Positions 11,209 to 25,151 are shown, counted from the stretch's first letter. The stretch is DNA of 56,821 nt from Octopus bimaculoides (GCF_001194135.2 NC_068992.1:48542168-48598988); one strand, 5' to 3'. Notes: a model not told the origin generated them from the sequence alone. Program-made: numbers and translations.

Positions 11209-11959
11209 GAGACATCAATGCATATACATGCCGTATGTTTTGAGTTAATATCACCAAAGCATGACAATCTGAAGTGTATCACTCGCTTACGCCCACCACA
11301 TCGAAGGTATGTGTTTACCTTGTTCATTTATTAAATATATTTATTAAATGTATTTTCTGTTTCCTTGGAGAGAAATACAAAATACAATACATCAAATATT
11401 ACGAAGGTATTCATTAATTATTCATATCTTACACTGTAGAAGAGGCGAGTTTGGTACGATCGATTTTTATCGATCTTGTCCATCACAAGTACTTCTATTA
11501 TCGATATCGGAGAGATGAAAGTCAAAATCGAACCTGATTGTGTTTGGTTTTCTTTTTGTATTTTTTTGTTTTTTTTGTGGTAGCTTTCTACTCTTGTGTG
11601 AAGAACCTCTGGAAGTAATAATAAGGTGAGGATAGGATTTATTCCCACAGCTGAGACATATCCAGGTTATTGCAGCAGTGTGGACCACGTTGAGGGCACC
11701 AAGACGGTTGAATGGTGTTAAAACATGGTAAAGAATTAAATCGGCCGCCCATGATTGCGCTGGGCTTTGTACTCAGCGCATACATTTAATATATGTTAAT
11801 AATATTATTTATTTGCTGCTGTCAATTGTTGTTTATTTTTGTAGTTATTATTTTCACTCGAGCCCGGTCCTGAGCGAAAAGGCCAATGATGAAAGTTAAT
11901 TTGGCTTTTTTTCAGATCTAGTTCTGGTTTTGGGGGTGGATTTTCGTTTTTTTTTTATT

Positions 11960-12605
11960 GGGAGCTAACCATTGTCTTTTTCGTTGGATATGATTATACA
12001 GAGCCTATTACTAATCACATGTAATAATCCTTCCCAGAAAAAGTTCGGTAGCAAGTCTATTCTATCATTAACAGACAGTTATTCTTTGATTAAGATGAGG
12101 AGTAAGTCAGATAACGAGGGATCCACTGGCTACATTCAGACACCAGAGTTCATAAAGGTGTGATTTGAACTGAACTGTTTTGCTAATTCTTGTGCAGTTT
12201 GATTTGGACTTTACTCAACTCCAGTTTTCAGGTCTATATTGACAAAACGATGTGAGAAAGAGAAACTTCCCAAGTGGAACTGACCAAATCATCATGGGCA
12301 AGCTCAGACACTTATAACTTCTTTTTCCATAGACAAAGAGAATATTTATTGCCGCTTCTATTGTTAAAATGTCCCTCTTGAATTCATACAGCATGCAATG
12401 TCTGATATTGGTTCTTATCTAACCTGAATTCAAAAGGATAACGGTGATACGAATTTAAGCAATATTGTATAAATTCATCAGTAAGAAAATGTTTAAAAAA
12501 GACATTAGAATATAAAGCAATAATGCTCATTTTCACCTCATTTTGAAAGAAAACCTCAAAATGATCAGGTAAAACATGCAACGGAAGTTTCAATTCAATC
12601 TAATG
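11960..12605 (-). mobile_element. Mariner transposon 5' half (decayed transposase N-terminus plus one TIR)
   Basis: Minus-strand fragments: IRHCMLYEFKRDILTIEAAINILFVYG, QFHLGSFS...DLKTGVE*SPNQTAQELAKQF (HTH) and FLGRIITCD***ALYNHIQRKRQWLAP (first catalytic D region, cf. RIITCDEKW.LY). TIR-like attagattgaattgaaaacttccgttgcatgtttt at 12571-12605. Confidence 0.85.
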
Positions 12606-12940
12606 TTTAACTCTACGTTGTATATTGAGCGCCCCTTCAGCAGCTTGCTGCAAATGCTTCCTCTTCATTTTCTTCTTCCACATATTCTTCTTCTTCTTCT
12701 TCTTCTTCTTCTTCTTCTTCTTCTTCTTCTTCTTCTTCTTCCTCTACTGCTACTGCTGCTGCTGCTACTTTTGGAGCGTCGGTATATATATACTGGCACA
12801 CACATCCATACATATAAATGTGTGTATATANNNNNNNNNNNNNNNNNNNNNNNNNNNNNNNNNNNNNNNNNNNNNNNNNNNNNNNNNNNNNNNNNNNNNN
12901 NNNNNNNNNNNNNNNNNNNNNNNNNNNNNNNNNNNNNNNN

Positions 12941-13007
<67 letters not shown>

Positions 13008-13410
13008 CATGATACTCTGCAATACAGATATGAACTTGCAGATCTTTCTCTACGCGTATTTCTGTTTCTGCGTGTTCATGTTCAGTCGTGTTTCTCTAGT
13101 TTTGCATTGTTCTATATTGCTCTATTTGTGTGTATGCATGCATGCATGCATGTATGTATGTATGTACGTATGTATGTACGTATGTATGTATGCACGTATA
13201 TTTGTAACTGTTTATTGTTTTGAGTTAGAAACTTACAGATCTGATCACATTTCTCTACTCTGCAACTCGTGTTCCATTTCATATTTATATTATAGAGAAT
13301 CACATTCTCGCGCATGCACGAATGTGTGCAAACATACAGATTATTACACAGACACACACACATGCACATGTGTGTGTGTGTCTGTGTGTGTTAGTATGTA
13401 CATATATATT

Positions 13411-13481
<71 letters not shown>

Positions 13482-13632
13482 ATGAATGAATATATATAGA
13501 TCCGAAGGTGGCGTGTATGAGTGTGTGCATACAGAACGTAGGAAGAGAATGTTTAGTTGAAAGCAGAAACCAGACGTAATGCTTAAGTAAACCATTTTAG
13601 TCTTGTATGTGCTGTATAATAATAATAATAAT

Positions 13633-13706
<74 letters not shown>

Positions 13707-13763
13707 TAATAATAATAATGATAACAATATTTTAACTCGTATTATTATCATTCTCATCATCAC

Positions 13764-13826
<63 letters not shown>

Positions 13827-14228
13827 TACTACTACTAGTGTTTATTTTATTTTTTATTATTCGTGTTGGAAATACAAGTGAATGATGGATTGATAGCAAG
13901 TTTGATATTCGTCAGTTTTAAGCATCATAGTCTTGGCATCACTTTGATAGCGATTGATTTTCTACTCTATGTTTTGTATTTTTGTTTCTTAGTTATTATT
14001 ATTATTTCCTTTTTGGGTTGGTGTGTGTTGAGTGTTGTGTTTTTTTAATTTTTATTTTTACTGTTATTTACTTTTCTATATTTGTTACGTTTGATTTCAG
14101 CTGATTTTATCTTATATTTCATATACATATACAGATGTGTGAATATATACATGTACATGTATACATACATACATACGTACATACATATATACATATAAAT
14201 ACATACATACATATATATATATATATAT

Positions 14229-14356
14229 GTGAACGTATGCATGTGCATATATATATATATATATATACATATATATATACATACATATATATATATATAT
14301 ATGTGAACGTATGCATGTGCATATATATATATATATATGTGAACGTATGCATGTGC
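14229..14356 (+). repeat. Three copies of GTGAACGTATGCATGTGC separated by variable (AT)n spacers
   Basis: Copies at 14229-14246, 14303-14320 and 14339-14356. Confidence 0.9.
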
Positions 14357-14515
14357 ATATATATATATATATATATCTGCATATATAATGTATTTATATA
14401 TATGTATATGTACACACAATTTTTTTTAAAGTCAGAATCACTTCATGAACTACTTGATGGTCGATAGTTTCGTGTGGAAATGATTCATATATGTCTATAA
14501 ATGTATACACACACG

Positions 14516-14553
<38 letters not shown>

Positions 14554-15561
14554 TACATATGTATGTATACGTATGGGTGTGTATGAATATGTGTGTATGC
14601 GTATGTATATGTGTGTGTATTTATGTGCGTGAATATTTATGTATGGATGTATGTACATGTTTACGTACGTACTTACGTGTACATGTATAAGTAGCGACAT
14701 TACCACATACACAAATGCATGTATACATATCTTCCTACGTACATCCATATGCACATGCATGTAATAATGTGTGGGGTTTTCTGCTTTGCATATTGTGAAA
14801 TCGCTACTAAGAACAAAGTATTTTCATTTGTTTGTTTTATACACATATCTGTGTGTGTGTGTGTGTATGAGTGGATGTGCGTATATGTATATACATATAT
14901 ATATATATATATATACATACATACATATATACACACATACACACAAACACACACATACACAAGGCACCGAATGCTAATGCAATTTTACAAGGGAGTTTGT
15001 TATTCCAAACCACAAGAACTTCAGTTTTGTTCTGTCTGATTTTTCTCTTCATTTGTTCATTTCATGTTTTGTTCCCGGGGGTTTTTTTTTTGCTTTGGCT
15101 GTTATTGTTGTTGTTTTTAAGGTTTTTTTTTTTTTACATATTTTTAACAGTTAGCAGAATAATTTTGTCAGTTGATTCTTATGACAAAATGTGTCATGCT
15201 TTGATATAATTTCAACGATGTCTTCCTACAGGTATATCTAACATATCCGCGCATATCGAAAGGAAAGATAAGATTGATTTTCGGTATTGTGTGTCTGTGG
15301 TTTTTGTTATATTTAGTTTATTTTATTTTGTTTGTAATTTATTTTTATGTGTGCTTATGACTTTTATGTTGTTGTTGTTGCTGCTTACTTTCCCTGTTGT
15401 TCTCATTTTGTCGATTGATACAATTCCGACATGTTGATGTATCCACTTAAATCAACACACATCTTTCAAACTTTTTCTCGAGGTATTCACTAATTGATGT
15501 TCCTGGCAGCCTCAAAAATGAGCAGTTTCTCCGAAACGTTATATTTAAAATGTATATTCTC

Positions 15562-15900
15562 GATATCCATCTGTCTATCCATCCATCTTCTCCGCCCACC
15601 ATTCCAGGGAAAGGTCTTGAGGTAGAGTCATCAGTCATCTCCTCCATAGTATTTTGTCAGAAGCAACATCGTTAGACTTTCTGGCTACATTACTAAACTT
15701 GACCAACTGAGACTATGGATATCTTGTTCTTGGTTTTCCCCTATGTCTCCTACTCTTAGTTGGTTCAGCTCGAAGAACCCGTCCTGCCTTTCTCTCCTGT
15801 GACATTCTAATCATATGTCCTTTGTACTGGTGCTGTAACCTCTCAATGCAAAGCTGCTCGATCTGGAGAGACTTTCTGATCTCCGAGCAATGCACGCTCG
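15562..15900 (-). mobile_element. RTE-clade LINE 3' end remnant with (GGAT)n-like tail
   Basis: ORF 15713-15895 (SEIRKSLQIEQLCIERLQHQYKGHMIRMSQERKAGRVLRAEPTKSRRHRGKPRTR) matches the RTE C-terminal pattern IERSQLRW.GHV.RM..ER...RVL...P...R.RG.PRTRW. It ends in gatggatggatagacagatggat on the minus strand. Confidence 0.82.
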
Positions 15901-16560
15901 TAAGTAACGTTACTCCAAAGATTCTTGAAAGGAAGCCATTTCAACTGTAGAGTTAACACACGCACGATATTAAAGTACCTGTCAGCAAACCCACATTCCC
16001 TTTTATGTTGGTATTCGTTACTTTTTAAAGGCTAAGTACGTTCTATATCGTTTCTTGCGTTTATTTGAGTAGATCAATTGGGAATGTTGGTGGAGAATTA
16101 TTGGTGTCCTATCCAGGAACTGTAGCAGATGTATCTCCCATCTACTTAACACTATTGAAAACTGGAACCCTATTCTGTAAACCTAATTAAGAAAGAATTT
16201 AATGAAAATAGCTATCTATGTATTATACTTAATGTACACACATGACTCACACTATCAACGAGCTAGTTACGGGCATTCGTCCCAGCAGCGGATAGCGAAA
16301 GCACCGGATACATTCAGATCTTTTGAGTCTTTGCAATGACACATAAATGCACCCAGCCATATGTTCGGACGAGAGTTCGCGTCACCGTCACTAATGTTCG
16401 CGACATCAGTGAATATTTCACTCATTTTTGTTCTTATTGGAACCATTTCGATTTTTGAGAATCAGAAATGTTTCAAAGAAATAATCATTTACGTTCATTG
16501 AACATATTCTATAGGGAATAAGAAATGTTTGTTGCATTCTAAAGAAAGACAGAAAGAGGA

Positions 16561-16619
<59 letters not shown>

Positions 16620-17973
16620 GAGAGAGGAAAGAGAGCGGGGAGCATGGTCAAGTAAATGATTGCAATTTTCCACTTTTAACCGGGTTTCATTTGTTCAGGC
16701 CATGCAATTGTGCTTTTGCGGTAGCCACATCACTATGAGACATCCATAATTTTGTATAAATTCAGAAATGCTGTTTACAGAAATTGTCTCTTTTTTTCTA
16801 TTCTTCGATTTTTTTGTTGATGAAGAACAAATTTCAGCAACGTAAAATCTTGTCTTCCTTCGTTATTGCATAAAATAAAATTATCTTGTAGTCATGTTTT
16901 TTTGTTACTGAGTAAAATTCATTAACTTGTACTCTCGAATCTTCCTTCTGGTATCAAATGAAAGAAACTTGTAGAACTCTTTGCGTGCGTGCGTGCGTGT
17001 GTGTGTGCGCGCGCGCGCGCGCGTGTGTGTGTGTGCGTGCGTTTCTTGTCTCTGACACCTTTATAACTGTCCACATCGAGACTAAAACAAACTGCACACA
17101 CATAACACTTCTTATGCTTATATCAATTCAAATCGATTTTATTTTCAAATCACATATCAGAAAGCATACTGATGGTATTTTTGGAGAACGTCCCAGAATA
17201 TTCCCAAAGACTATTAGATAAGAGTTAAACGCAAAGATTTCTGTATTGGTGGAGTAACGGACTACGAACGGCGAGGTGATCAGTCTCTACGTTCCAACTG
17301 TGGCAAAAACAAAAATTAAATATTAATTTTGAATTAACGAAAATAACCGAAGAGTAAATATCTGGAACAGGGTGGAATTTCACGATGTAAGGGGCAGTAG
17401 TGCAGTAGCTACAACAATGACGTCATAATAAGATTAACTTAGACAGCCAAAGAGTGCTATAACGGAGAGAGTTAGCCAACGATACATCAGAAATAATCCC
17501 AAAATTTATGAATTCCCACAATTAGTAAAAACGAAGCGTTAGTACGATGCAATAATATTACTAATACTGCTGCTGTCACGGGCTTCAGGTGCCAACAAGT
17601 CAGTCGTATTAACAAATTAACAGGAATATTACTCGACGACTCTCATCTTACTTCAGTGTTTCACTTTACAGTTTGCTGTCAACTAAGTTTTATTGCATAC
17701 AGTCTCTTGTTACACTGGAGACAATTCAATTATAAACATCGCCATCCAGCGAGTGCAATTCCGTTCATTACATCAATGTGTTTAAAATTTGACACTTATG
17801 TATACCACATTTAATAAAATGTGTTATGCATTTGTACTTGTATATATATGTCTCGCTCTCTCACTCTTGCACTCACTCACTCTTTCTGTTCGACTCAACT
17901 TCTCTCATACTTGTTATTCTCTTTCCTTCTACCTTCTACGTACATATATATATGTATACCTATACAGAAATAT

Positions 17974-18030
<57 letters not shown>

Positions 18031-19540
18031 NNNNNNNNNNNNNNNNNNNNNNNNNNNNNNNNNNNNNNNNNNNNNNNNNNNNNNNNNNNNNNNNNNNNNN
18101 NNNNNNNNNNNNNNNNNNNNNNNNNNNNNNNNNNNNNNNNNNNNNNNNNNNNNNNNNNNNNNNNNNNNNNNNNNNNNNNNNNNNNNNNNNNNNNNNNNNN
18201 NNNNNNNNNNNNNNNNNNNNNNNNNNNNNNNNNNNNNNNNNNNNNNNNNNNNNNNNNNNNNNNNNNNNNNNNNNNNNNNNNNNNNNNNNNNNNNNNNNNN
18301 NNNNNNNNNNNNNNNNNNNNNNNNNNNNNNNNNNNNNNNNNNNNNNNNNNNNNNNNNNNNNNNNNNNNNNNNNNNNNNNNNNNNNNNNNNNNNNNNNNNN
18401 NNNNNNNNNNNNNNNNNNNNNNNNNNNNNNNNNNNNNNNNNNNNNNNNNNNNNNNNNNNNNNNNNNNNNNNNNNNNNNNNNNNNNNNNNNNNNNNNNNNN
18501 NNNNNNNNNNNNNNNNNNNNNNNNNNNNNNNNNNNNNNNNNNNNNNNNNNNNNNNNNNNNNNNNNNNNNNNNNNNNNNNNNNNNNNNNNNNNNNNNNNNN
18601 NNNNNNNNNNNNNNNNNNNNNNNNNNNNNNNNNNNNNNNNNNNNNNNNNNNNNNNNNNNNNNNNNNNNNNNNNNNNNNNNNNNNNNNNNNNNNNNNNNNN
18701 NNNNNNNNNNNNNNNNNNNNNNNNNNNNNNNNNNNNNNNNNNNNNNNNNNNNNNNNNNNNNNNNNNNNNNNNNNNNNNNNNNNNNNNNNNNNNNNNNNNN
18801 NNNNNNNNNNNNNNNNNNNNNNNNNNNNNNNNNNNNNNNNNNNNNNNNNNNNNNNNNNNNNNNNNNNNNNNNNNNNNNNNNNNNNNNNNNNNNNNNNNNN
18901 NNNNNNNNNNNNNNNNNNNNNNNNNNNNNNNNNNNNNNNNNNNNNNNNNNNNNNNNNNNNNNNNNNNNNNNNNNNNNNNNNNNNNNNNNNNNNNNNNNNN
19001 NNNNNNNNNNNNNNNNNNNNNNNNNATATATATATATATATATATATATAAACACAAACTGACACACACACTCACACATATAGTCTATATGTATACATAT
19101 ATTTGTGGCTTTGTGCGTGCGTGTGTATATGTGTATATATACATACATATAGAGAGAGACAGACAGACACATAGATAGATAGATAAGTGGGTAAGTAAGT
19201 AGGTAGGTAGGTAGGTAGGTAGGTAGGTAGGTAGGTAGGTAGGTAGTGATGTAGGTAGGTATGTAGGTATGTAGGGACATTGATGTGCAGGTTGGTAGAT
19301 AGTGAGATGAACCTGATAAATCCATATAAGTGCGCATGCGTGCGTCTGTGTGATTAAGTCCGTCTGTATGAATGAGTGAGCGTGCATATTGCATACTGTA
19401 TTGATTTCGTTGATGAACATTCAGTCGTTCGATGAACTTAACTATCTACCAACATATATTAGCGTGCAAGTGGCGGACTATTCCACACACACACACACAC
19501 GCACATTTATATATAACCAGCGTTAAGGAATGTATTAGAT

Positions 19541-19812
19541 AATATATATATATATACATGGTGGTTGTCTACTCCTTAAACAGAGTTTGACCACCTCCTG
19601 CACCTACACCTTAGCCCTTTCATGGCGTCTGATGTGGCTTTTTAAACCAGACAGTGTTTTGAAAAAACACCCACACAGATTGCACCTCTGATTTGCACTA
19701 CCAATACCTGCAAGTAAGTCCTGCTCATTGTGGATCCTAACATGTCTTTTAAGACCCCCATTGGATTTGCAAACCCTCTGGCACACACCACATTCAAACG
19801 TGTGCACAGACA
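19541..19812 (-). pseudogene. Two tandem C2H2 zinc fingers plus a short 3' UTR and (TA)n tail; probably a 5'-truncated RTE-type LINE end
   Basis: FECGVCQRVCKSNGGLKRHVRIH and CNLCGCFFKTLSGLKSHIRRH are in frame, with a stop at 19604-19606, then ~47 nt ending in (TA)n. No splice acceptor upstream; the upstream part of the ORF in the track is just SINE and microsatellite. C-x2-C...GL.SH.R.H tails are typical of some RTE ORF C-termini. Confidence 0.65.
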
Positions 19813-19863
19813 TATAATCAGAATATACATACATACATATATATATATATATGTATGTATGTA

Positions 19864-20277
19864 GGCGCAGGAGTGGCTGTGTAGTAAGTAGCTTGCTTGC
19901 CAACCACATGGTTCGGGGTTCATTCCCACTGTGTGGCACCTTGAGCAAGTTTCTTCTACTATAGCCTCTGGCCGACCAAAGCCTTATGAATAGATTTGGT
20001 AGACGGAAAACTGAAAGAAGCCCGTCGTATATATGTATATGTATGTGTGTGTGTATATGTTTGTGTGTCTCTGTTTGTCCCCCAACATCGCTTGACAATC
20101 GATGCTGGTGTGTTTACGTCCCCGTAACATAGCGGTTCGGCAAAAGAGACCGATAGAATAAGTACTAGGCTTCCAAAGAATAAGTCCTGGGGTCGATTTG
20201 CTCGACTAAAAGCGGTGCTACAGCATGGCCACTGTCAAATGACTGAAACAAGTAAAAGAGTAAGAGTAAAGAGTATA
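19864..20277 (+). mobile_element. Full-length tRNA-derived SINE family A (CORE-like domain, internal TA/TG microsatellite, GAGTAAAA-repeat tail)
   Basis: A box tggctgtgtagt and B box ggttcattcc. Segment tgtgtggcaccttgagcaagtttctt resembles the CORE motif tgtgaccttgggcaagtcactt. Tail aagtaaaagagtaagagtaaagag. A second full copy lies at 27311-27716. Confidence 0.95.
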
Positions 20278-20436
20278 TNNNNNNNNNNNNNNNNNNNNNN
20301 NNNNNNNNNNNNNNNNNNNNNNNNNNNNNNNNNNNNNNNNNNNNNNNNNNNNNNNNNNNNNNNNNNNNNNNNNNNNNNNNNNNNNNNNNNNNNNNNNNNN
20401 NNNNNNNNTATATATATATATATATGTATATATATA

Positions 20437-20565
20437 TTGGTTTCATATTTTGGCACAATACCAGCAATTTTCGGGGACGGCAAGTCGATTACATAGACTC
20501 CTGTGTTCTACTGGTACTTATTTTAGTGACCCAAAAAGGGAATTCGAATGCAGAATTCGAATGCA
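20437..20565 (-). mobile_element. SINE family B, degenerate 3' fragment
   Basis: ggtttcatattttggcacaataccagcaatttt...aagtcgattacatagac...ctggtacttatttt..gaccc aligns with 29375-29475. Ends in a 13-bp tandem duplication of gaattcgaatgca (20540-20565). Confidence 0.75.
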
Positions 20566-21379
20566 GATAATATACGTATAAATATTAATTTTTGATAATC
20601 GGCAGAAGTTACGGAATTACTGAAAGGCCGAATTGTTTGTCCGCTGACCATTCGGCCAAAAGAATGAGGGGAGAGAATAACAGATTTATGTCCGTAAATT
20701 TTCATGTACGTTTGTTTGTGGATGTACCCAGTCCCCACACACGAGCAAGCATGTGGGTGGGGTTGTGGGTGTGTATGTGTGCGTGTTATTGATTATAAAC
20801 ACATCGCTAGTAATAATGTTCATGAAGATGGTGCTAATGGTGATCGTGGTGCTGATGATGATGACATGTGAAAAACTCAACTCAAACACAGATTCAACTA
20901 CACAATGACACACACACACACACATACACGCACACCTGCATAGACACATACACGTAAACACACACACACACACACACACACACGAGAATTAATGGAGAGC
21001 ACCCACGCCAATTCACGGATTGTAATATGATATCTCTATCCAAATCCTTCCCATAAATCTCTTAAAATATTTTCGAAACCTTTTATCCTACCACACATGC
21101 ATACACACTCGTGAATACACACTCACACAAATACTCACATATAGACGTACTTACATAAGGTTATTATGCCTTAAGTATCCCCACACAGACACAGACAGAC
21201 ACACACGCACACATTTACACATACACACATACATAATTGCTAATAGACTTACACATACTAATACCATCGGACTACACTAGCTGCATACCAACACACATAA
21301 GGAGGTACGCGTCCACTCACGTATACAGGCTCACATCAACACCAAAATCGATCATAAACCAAAACACACACACGTTGGC

Positions 21380-22660
21380 CAAAAGGATTCGTTTTGGTTT
21401 ACTAAGGGCTCCATAGTTTGATCTTCAGATCCATTGTTTTTTTTTTTGAGCGGCTCTTTTAAGTCCTGCTTTTCTTCAATAGAACATCTCTTAACACGAG
21501 ATATAGTTAACCTCTCCAATCTCCATCATTTTTTTACATTTTCCCTTCCTGGGCAAGTTCAGTGATTAGTGGTTACTAGTATTGTTTCATCGGAAAATTC
21601 CATGTCATCATTTTGTACCTCTGTTCACAAAAATTTTTCAAAGTTTCTTCATGCAGTCATCAGTTATTTCGAGTTATACTTCTTTGATGTTATTTATAGC
21701 CGTTATGGTTTGGTAGTTTTTACCAAATGTTAGATTGTTAATCTTGGTCATCTGTTTCTTTAGAATTGTTTAAAATTACGGCGTTAATAGTGGAATTTTA
21801 TATTAGAAAATTCACCTGATCCATGTGTTGTAGAAAGGCAGCGCTGTTTGGTAGTAGTTAATTACTCCGACTGCAATGAAGGTCAAGATACTGGAAGCAG
21901 TGTCTGGAATATTATCAATCACTAGAAATAGCTTAATTTCAATCTATTTGTGATATCTTTTCACTGCTGGACGAAAGTCTTGCAAGAACCGCTGCGTGAA
22001 GATGTTTCATGCCTTCCAGGCCTTCTTTGTTGACTTCACATTCACAGATTTATGTTGTTTTGATGTTCTCCATTTTGGTAGTTGGGTTCCTGATTCATGA
22101 ACAAGCATTGGTTTTAGTTCGTCATGAATTACGGCCAGATCTGGGTGTTAAAAGGCACACCTTTTCAGAAAAAGTCCGATTCAACTAAGGTCGGTGTAGA
22201 TAGTTGTCATGCGCTCTCATAAACCTAGCAGAATCCCATGCTTACCTAGATATCTACATTTTCAGCTGTATCAGAGATAAGGATATTATGCACATAAAAC
22301 TCTTCTCCTTGTTTATCCTAACACTGCTTGTATACTGCTCCTTGTTTATCCTAATATTGTTTGTATAGGTTCGTTGTTGACCCTAATGCGGATGTCGTGT
22401 AAATTATACTGTTGCTTGAATGTGTTCTCTGCTTATTTGATACACATGTTGTTAAATTTATGCCAGCTTGAATTCTTTTGCGAATCCTAATTTGTGTGTG
22501 GTGCTCATTTCCGCCGTTTGAATGTGTTCCTTATTAAACCTGAGACGGATATTTTGTAGTTTATACCGCTGTTTAAATATGTTCGTTGTCAATCCTGATA
22601 AATTATCTCCATCTTCCTGCTCGCTAATGTTTAAAATTCTTCTCTGCTATTCCATTATAA
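21380..22660 (-). mobile_element. Tigger/pogo-type DNA transposon remnant (CENP-B HTH end plus DDE_1 domain)
   Basis: Minus-strand pieces: FKQRYKLQNIRL, ESDFF*KGVP (cf. DETGLFWK.MP), ELKPMLVHES, STKKAWKA*NIFTQRFLQDFRPAVKK, KLFLVIDNIPD (cf. LL.LDNAPGH) and LPNSAAFLQHMDQ (cf. LPPNTTSLLQPMDQG). Many stops and frameshifts; ~200-bp insertion near 22270-22480. Confidence 0.8.
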
Positions 22661-22953
22661 GTTGGTCTTATGACATGATACTTTGCTGACCAACTCTATA
22701 CTATATTATATACACATAGTCCTCTGTAGGTATGAATGTTCAGTTGTTAAATAAATTGAATGACCATATTAATGGATTAATAAACGATATAAATAAGTAT
22801 TGCGATGGTATGTACCCATTTAATCAAATTCCCAAGTAGACACAGCCTGAAACAGAGTGACAAAGCAGGAACTTTGAATTACTGGTATCTATTCGGTGAG
22901 CTTCTGCATAGTTTCCATCACCTCAGTTCCACTCACGAGTCTACATGCACGCG

Positions 22954-22997
<44 letters not shown>

Positions 22998-23945
22998 AGT
23001 CTGTACACAATTCTACAAACACTCACGCACATTTATATATGTATACACACATATATATGCATACATACATATATGTGTATACACCTACCTATTTATGCAC
23101 ACACATATTATATGATGTATGTATGCATGTGTGTGTGCATGTATGTGAGTGCGTGTGTGTATGTGTGTGTGTGCTTAGGTATATAAGTAGATAGAAGCTG
23201 GTTGGTAAATGAAGAGACAAATAGATAGATATGCATTCTCACATGTATACGTACATACATATATACATACACACACAAACACACACACATATATATATAC
23301 AAACACACATACACATATGCGCACATATATAGACACCCTGTCCCTCATCTTTCAGACACACACACACACATATATAGATATATACGCATACATATACGTG
23401 TGTGCGTATGAGTTACTTGAGTATTGTTCTGTAGAGCTGTATGCGAGCGTTCTCTTTTCTCTTCTGAAACTGGCAATTTCATTATATGAGCAATGAAGTA
23501 AAACATTAACCAGTCTGTGTCCCTCTATTACTCTTTATATTCTCGTCTTTCACACCTTCTCTCCCCCCTCTCTGTTACTACATCTCTCCTACGCTTATCA
23601 CCAAACTCTACTTCTTCTCCTTCACCGTCTATATATAAGTACACGGATCTCCCTCCCTGTACTCTCTCCCATCTCCTTTCTAACTACTCACGGCAAAGTT
23701 AAATATGTACAAGAAACATACTAATGGAAGTCGCATAAAAATATTTATAATAATAGATCGGGTGTGCTAAAAGTTATCTATCTATCTAGTTAGCTAGCTA
23801 TCTATTTATCTATCTATCTGTTTGATTGTCTGTCCGTCTGTCTCTTTGTCTGTCTCTCTCCACACACATATATTTACCTATCTCTCTCTTTCCCTCACAC
23901 TTTTTCACTTTCGGTGAGTGTACATACATACATGCCTTTCTATAT

Positions 23946-24002
<57 letters not shown>

Positions 24003-24939
24003 AAGGAAATCTATAGAAAGCGAGATCATTTTAGTCAGCCATATTTAATAGATTCTTCACATCGGTAGAGAGACAATTTTCTCTGTTCAACAGCGCCACC
24101 TGCCAAGAACGCTTGTTTATCCAATATATCGCCTTCCCTCACGCTCGTCCCCTCTACCCGCCATGTTCTGCCTCATACATGGGCGGTTTTTACATCTTGA
24201 CAATCGATTTACTAAAGAACAAAGTGTTTTTCTCACACAGTTTATCCATTCCTTTGGAGAATTTGCAATAGCTGCGTGGATACGGTGTTTGCATTTCGGC
24301 TGAACGTTGAGGCTGTATGATTGAACAGATATAAGTTTGTCGACTCTTTTATACGTAGAAAGCCGGCTGAAATTGCTGTTGACTTGAAGTTTTATTTCTG
24401 AGGTACATAAGGTTTTATTGTGTCTTTTCTCATTATTATCGTTTAGTAGTGTCTTATGCGTTGGAAAACAGAGCTTTTGGGAACGATAGCTGTGCTAGAC
24501 GAGCTCGTCTACAAGGAACAGATATCAGATTGTCTTAAAATGTAAATTGTGACAGAGCAGTGAAAGACAACATTAAGAATAGATAGCAGATCATATGAGG
24601 ATGTGGATCTGAAGAGACATGTCAACACACCAGGAATATGTACCAGATTATCTGTTAATGTTAGGAGATTAACTAAGAATATTACATGTTTAAATTTCAA
24701 CCATAGGTACCTGATTATCTGAGTGTATTTAGTGTCTTAGATCTACTTAGATGCCAGAAGCAAAAGGTGCACAATTATTAAGCAATGTTAACTGTGAGAA
24801 ATTAATTTAGATGTCAGGTATAAGTATCAGATATTCATACCAATTTTTACCTGTATTACGCTAAATTATGTGCCAGGTATATGTATCAGGCAATTTGGCA
24901 AGAGAGCAAGTATAGGTACAAGATTATCAAGTAATACCA

Positions 24940-25151
24940 CTTTCAAATTTTCGCACAAGACCAGTGATTTCAGGAGAGAGTGTAAGTCGATTACATTGAC
25001 CCCAGTGCTCAAGTGGTACTTATTTCATCGATCCCGAAAGGATGAAAGGTAAAGTCGTCCTCGGCGGAATCTGAACTCAGAATGTGAAACCGGACGAAAT
25101 ACCGCCAAGCATTTTGTCCGGCGTGCTAACGATTCAGCCAACTCACCGCCT
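24940..25151 (-). mobile_element. SINE family B, near full length
   Basis: Aligns over its length with 29375-29590 and with the head half of 10394-10627. Confidence 0.9.

Noticed and set aside
11651-11735. Possible exon after attcccacAG (LRHIQVIAAVWTTLRAPRRLNGVKTW or AETYPGYCSSVDHVEGTKTVEWC*)
   Set aside because: No recognisable homology and no supportable partner exon.
14229-14356. Direct repeats with spacers superficially like a CRISPR array
   Set aside because: Eukaryotic context; the spacers are just (AT)n and there are no cas genes.
15232-15283. Possible 52-nt exon (tcttcctacAG ... TCG|GTATTG)
   Set aside because: Weak donor, two open frames, no recognisable peptide; the same AG|GT could equally be read as a donor.
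15508-15545. CTCAAAA-a-tgag-cagttt-ctcc-GAAACGTT
   Set aside because: Two core substitutions and no helix I; cannot be distinguished from chance.
17789-19394. Longest ORFs in the track (370-500 aa), and similar ones at 3930-4761, 6224-7201, 34954-35939, 46235-47252 and 55245-56187
   Set aside because: They are open only because N runs and microsatellites contain no stop codons; no protein signal.
20624-20657. GGCCGAAT...ATTCGGCC inverted repeat
   Set aside because: Isolated 8-bp stem; may be a MITE remnant, but no termini or second copy in the window.
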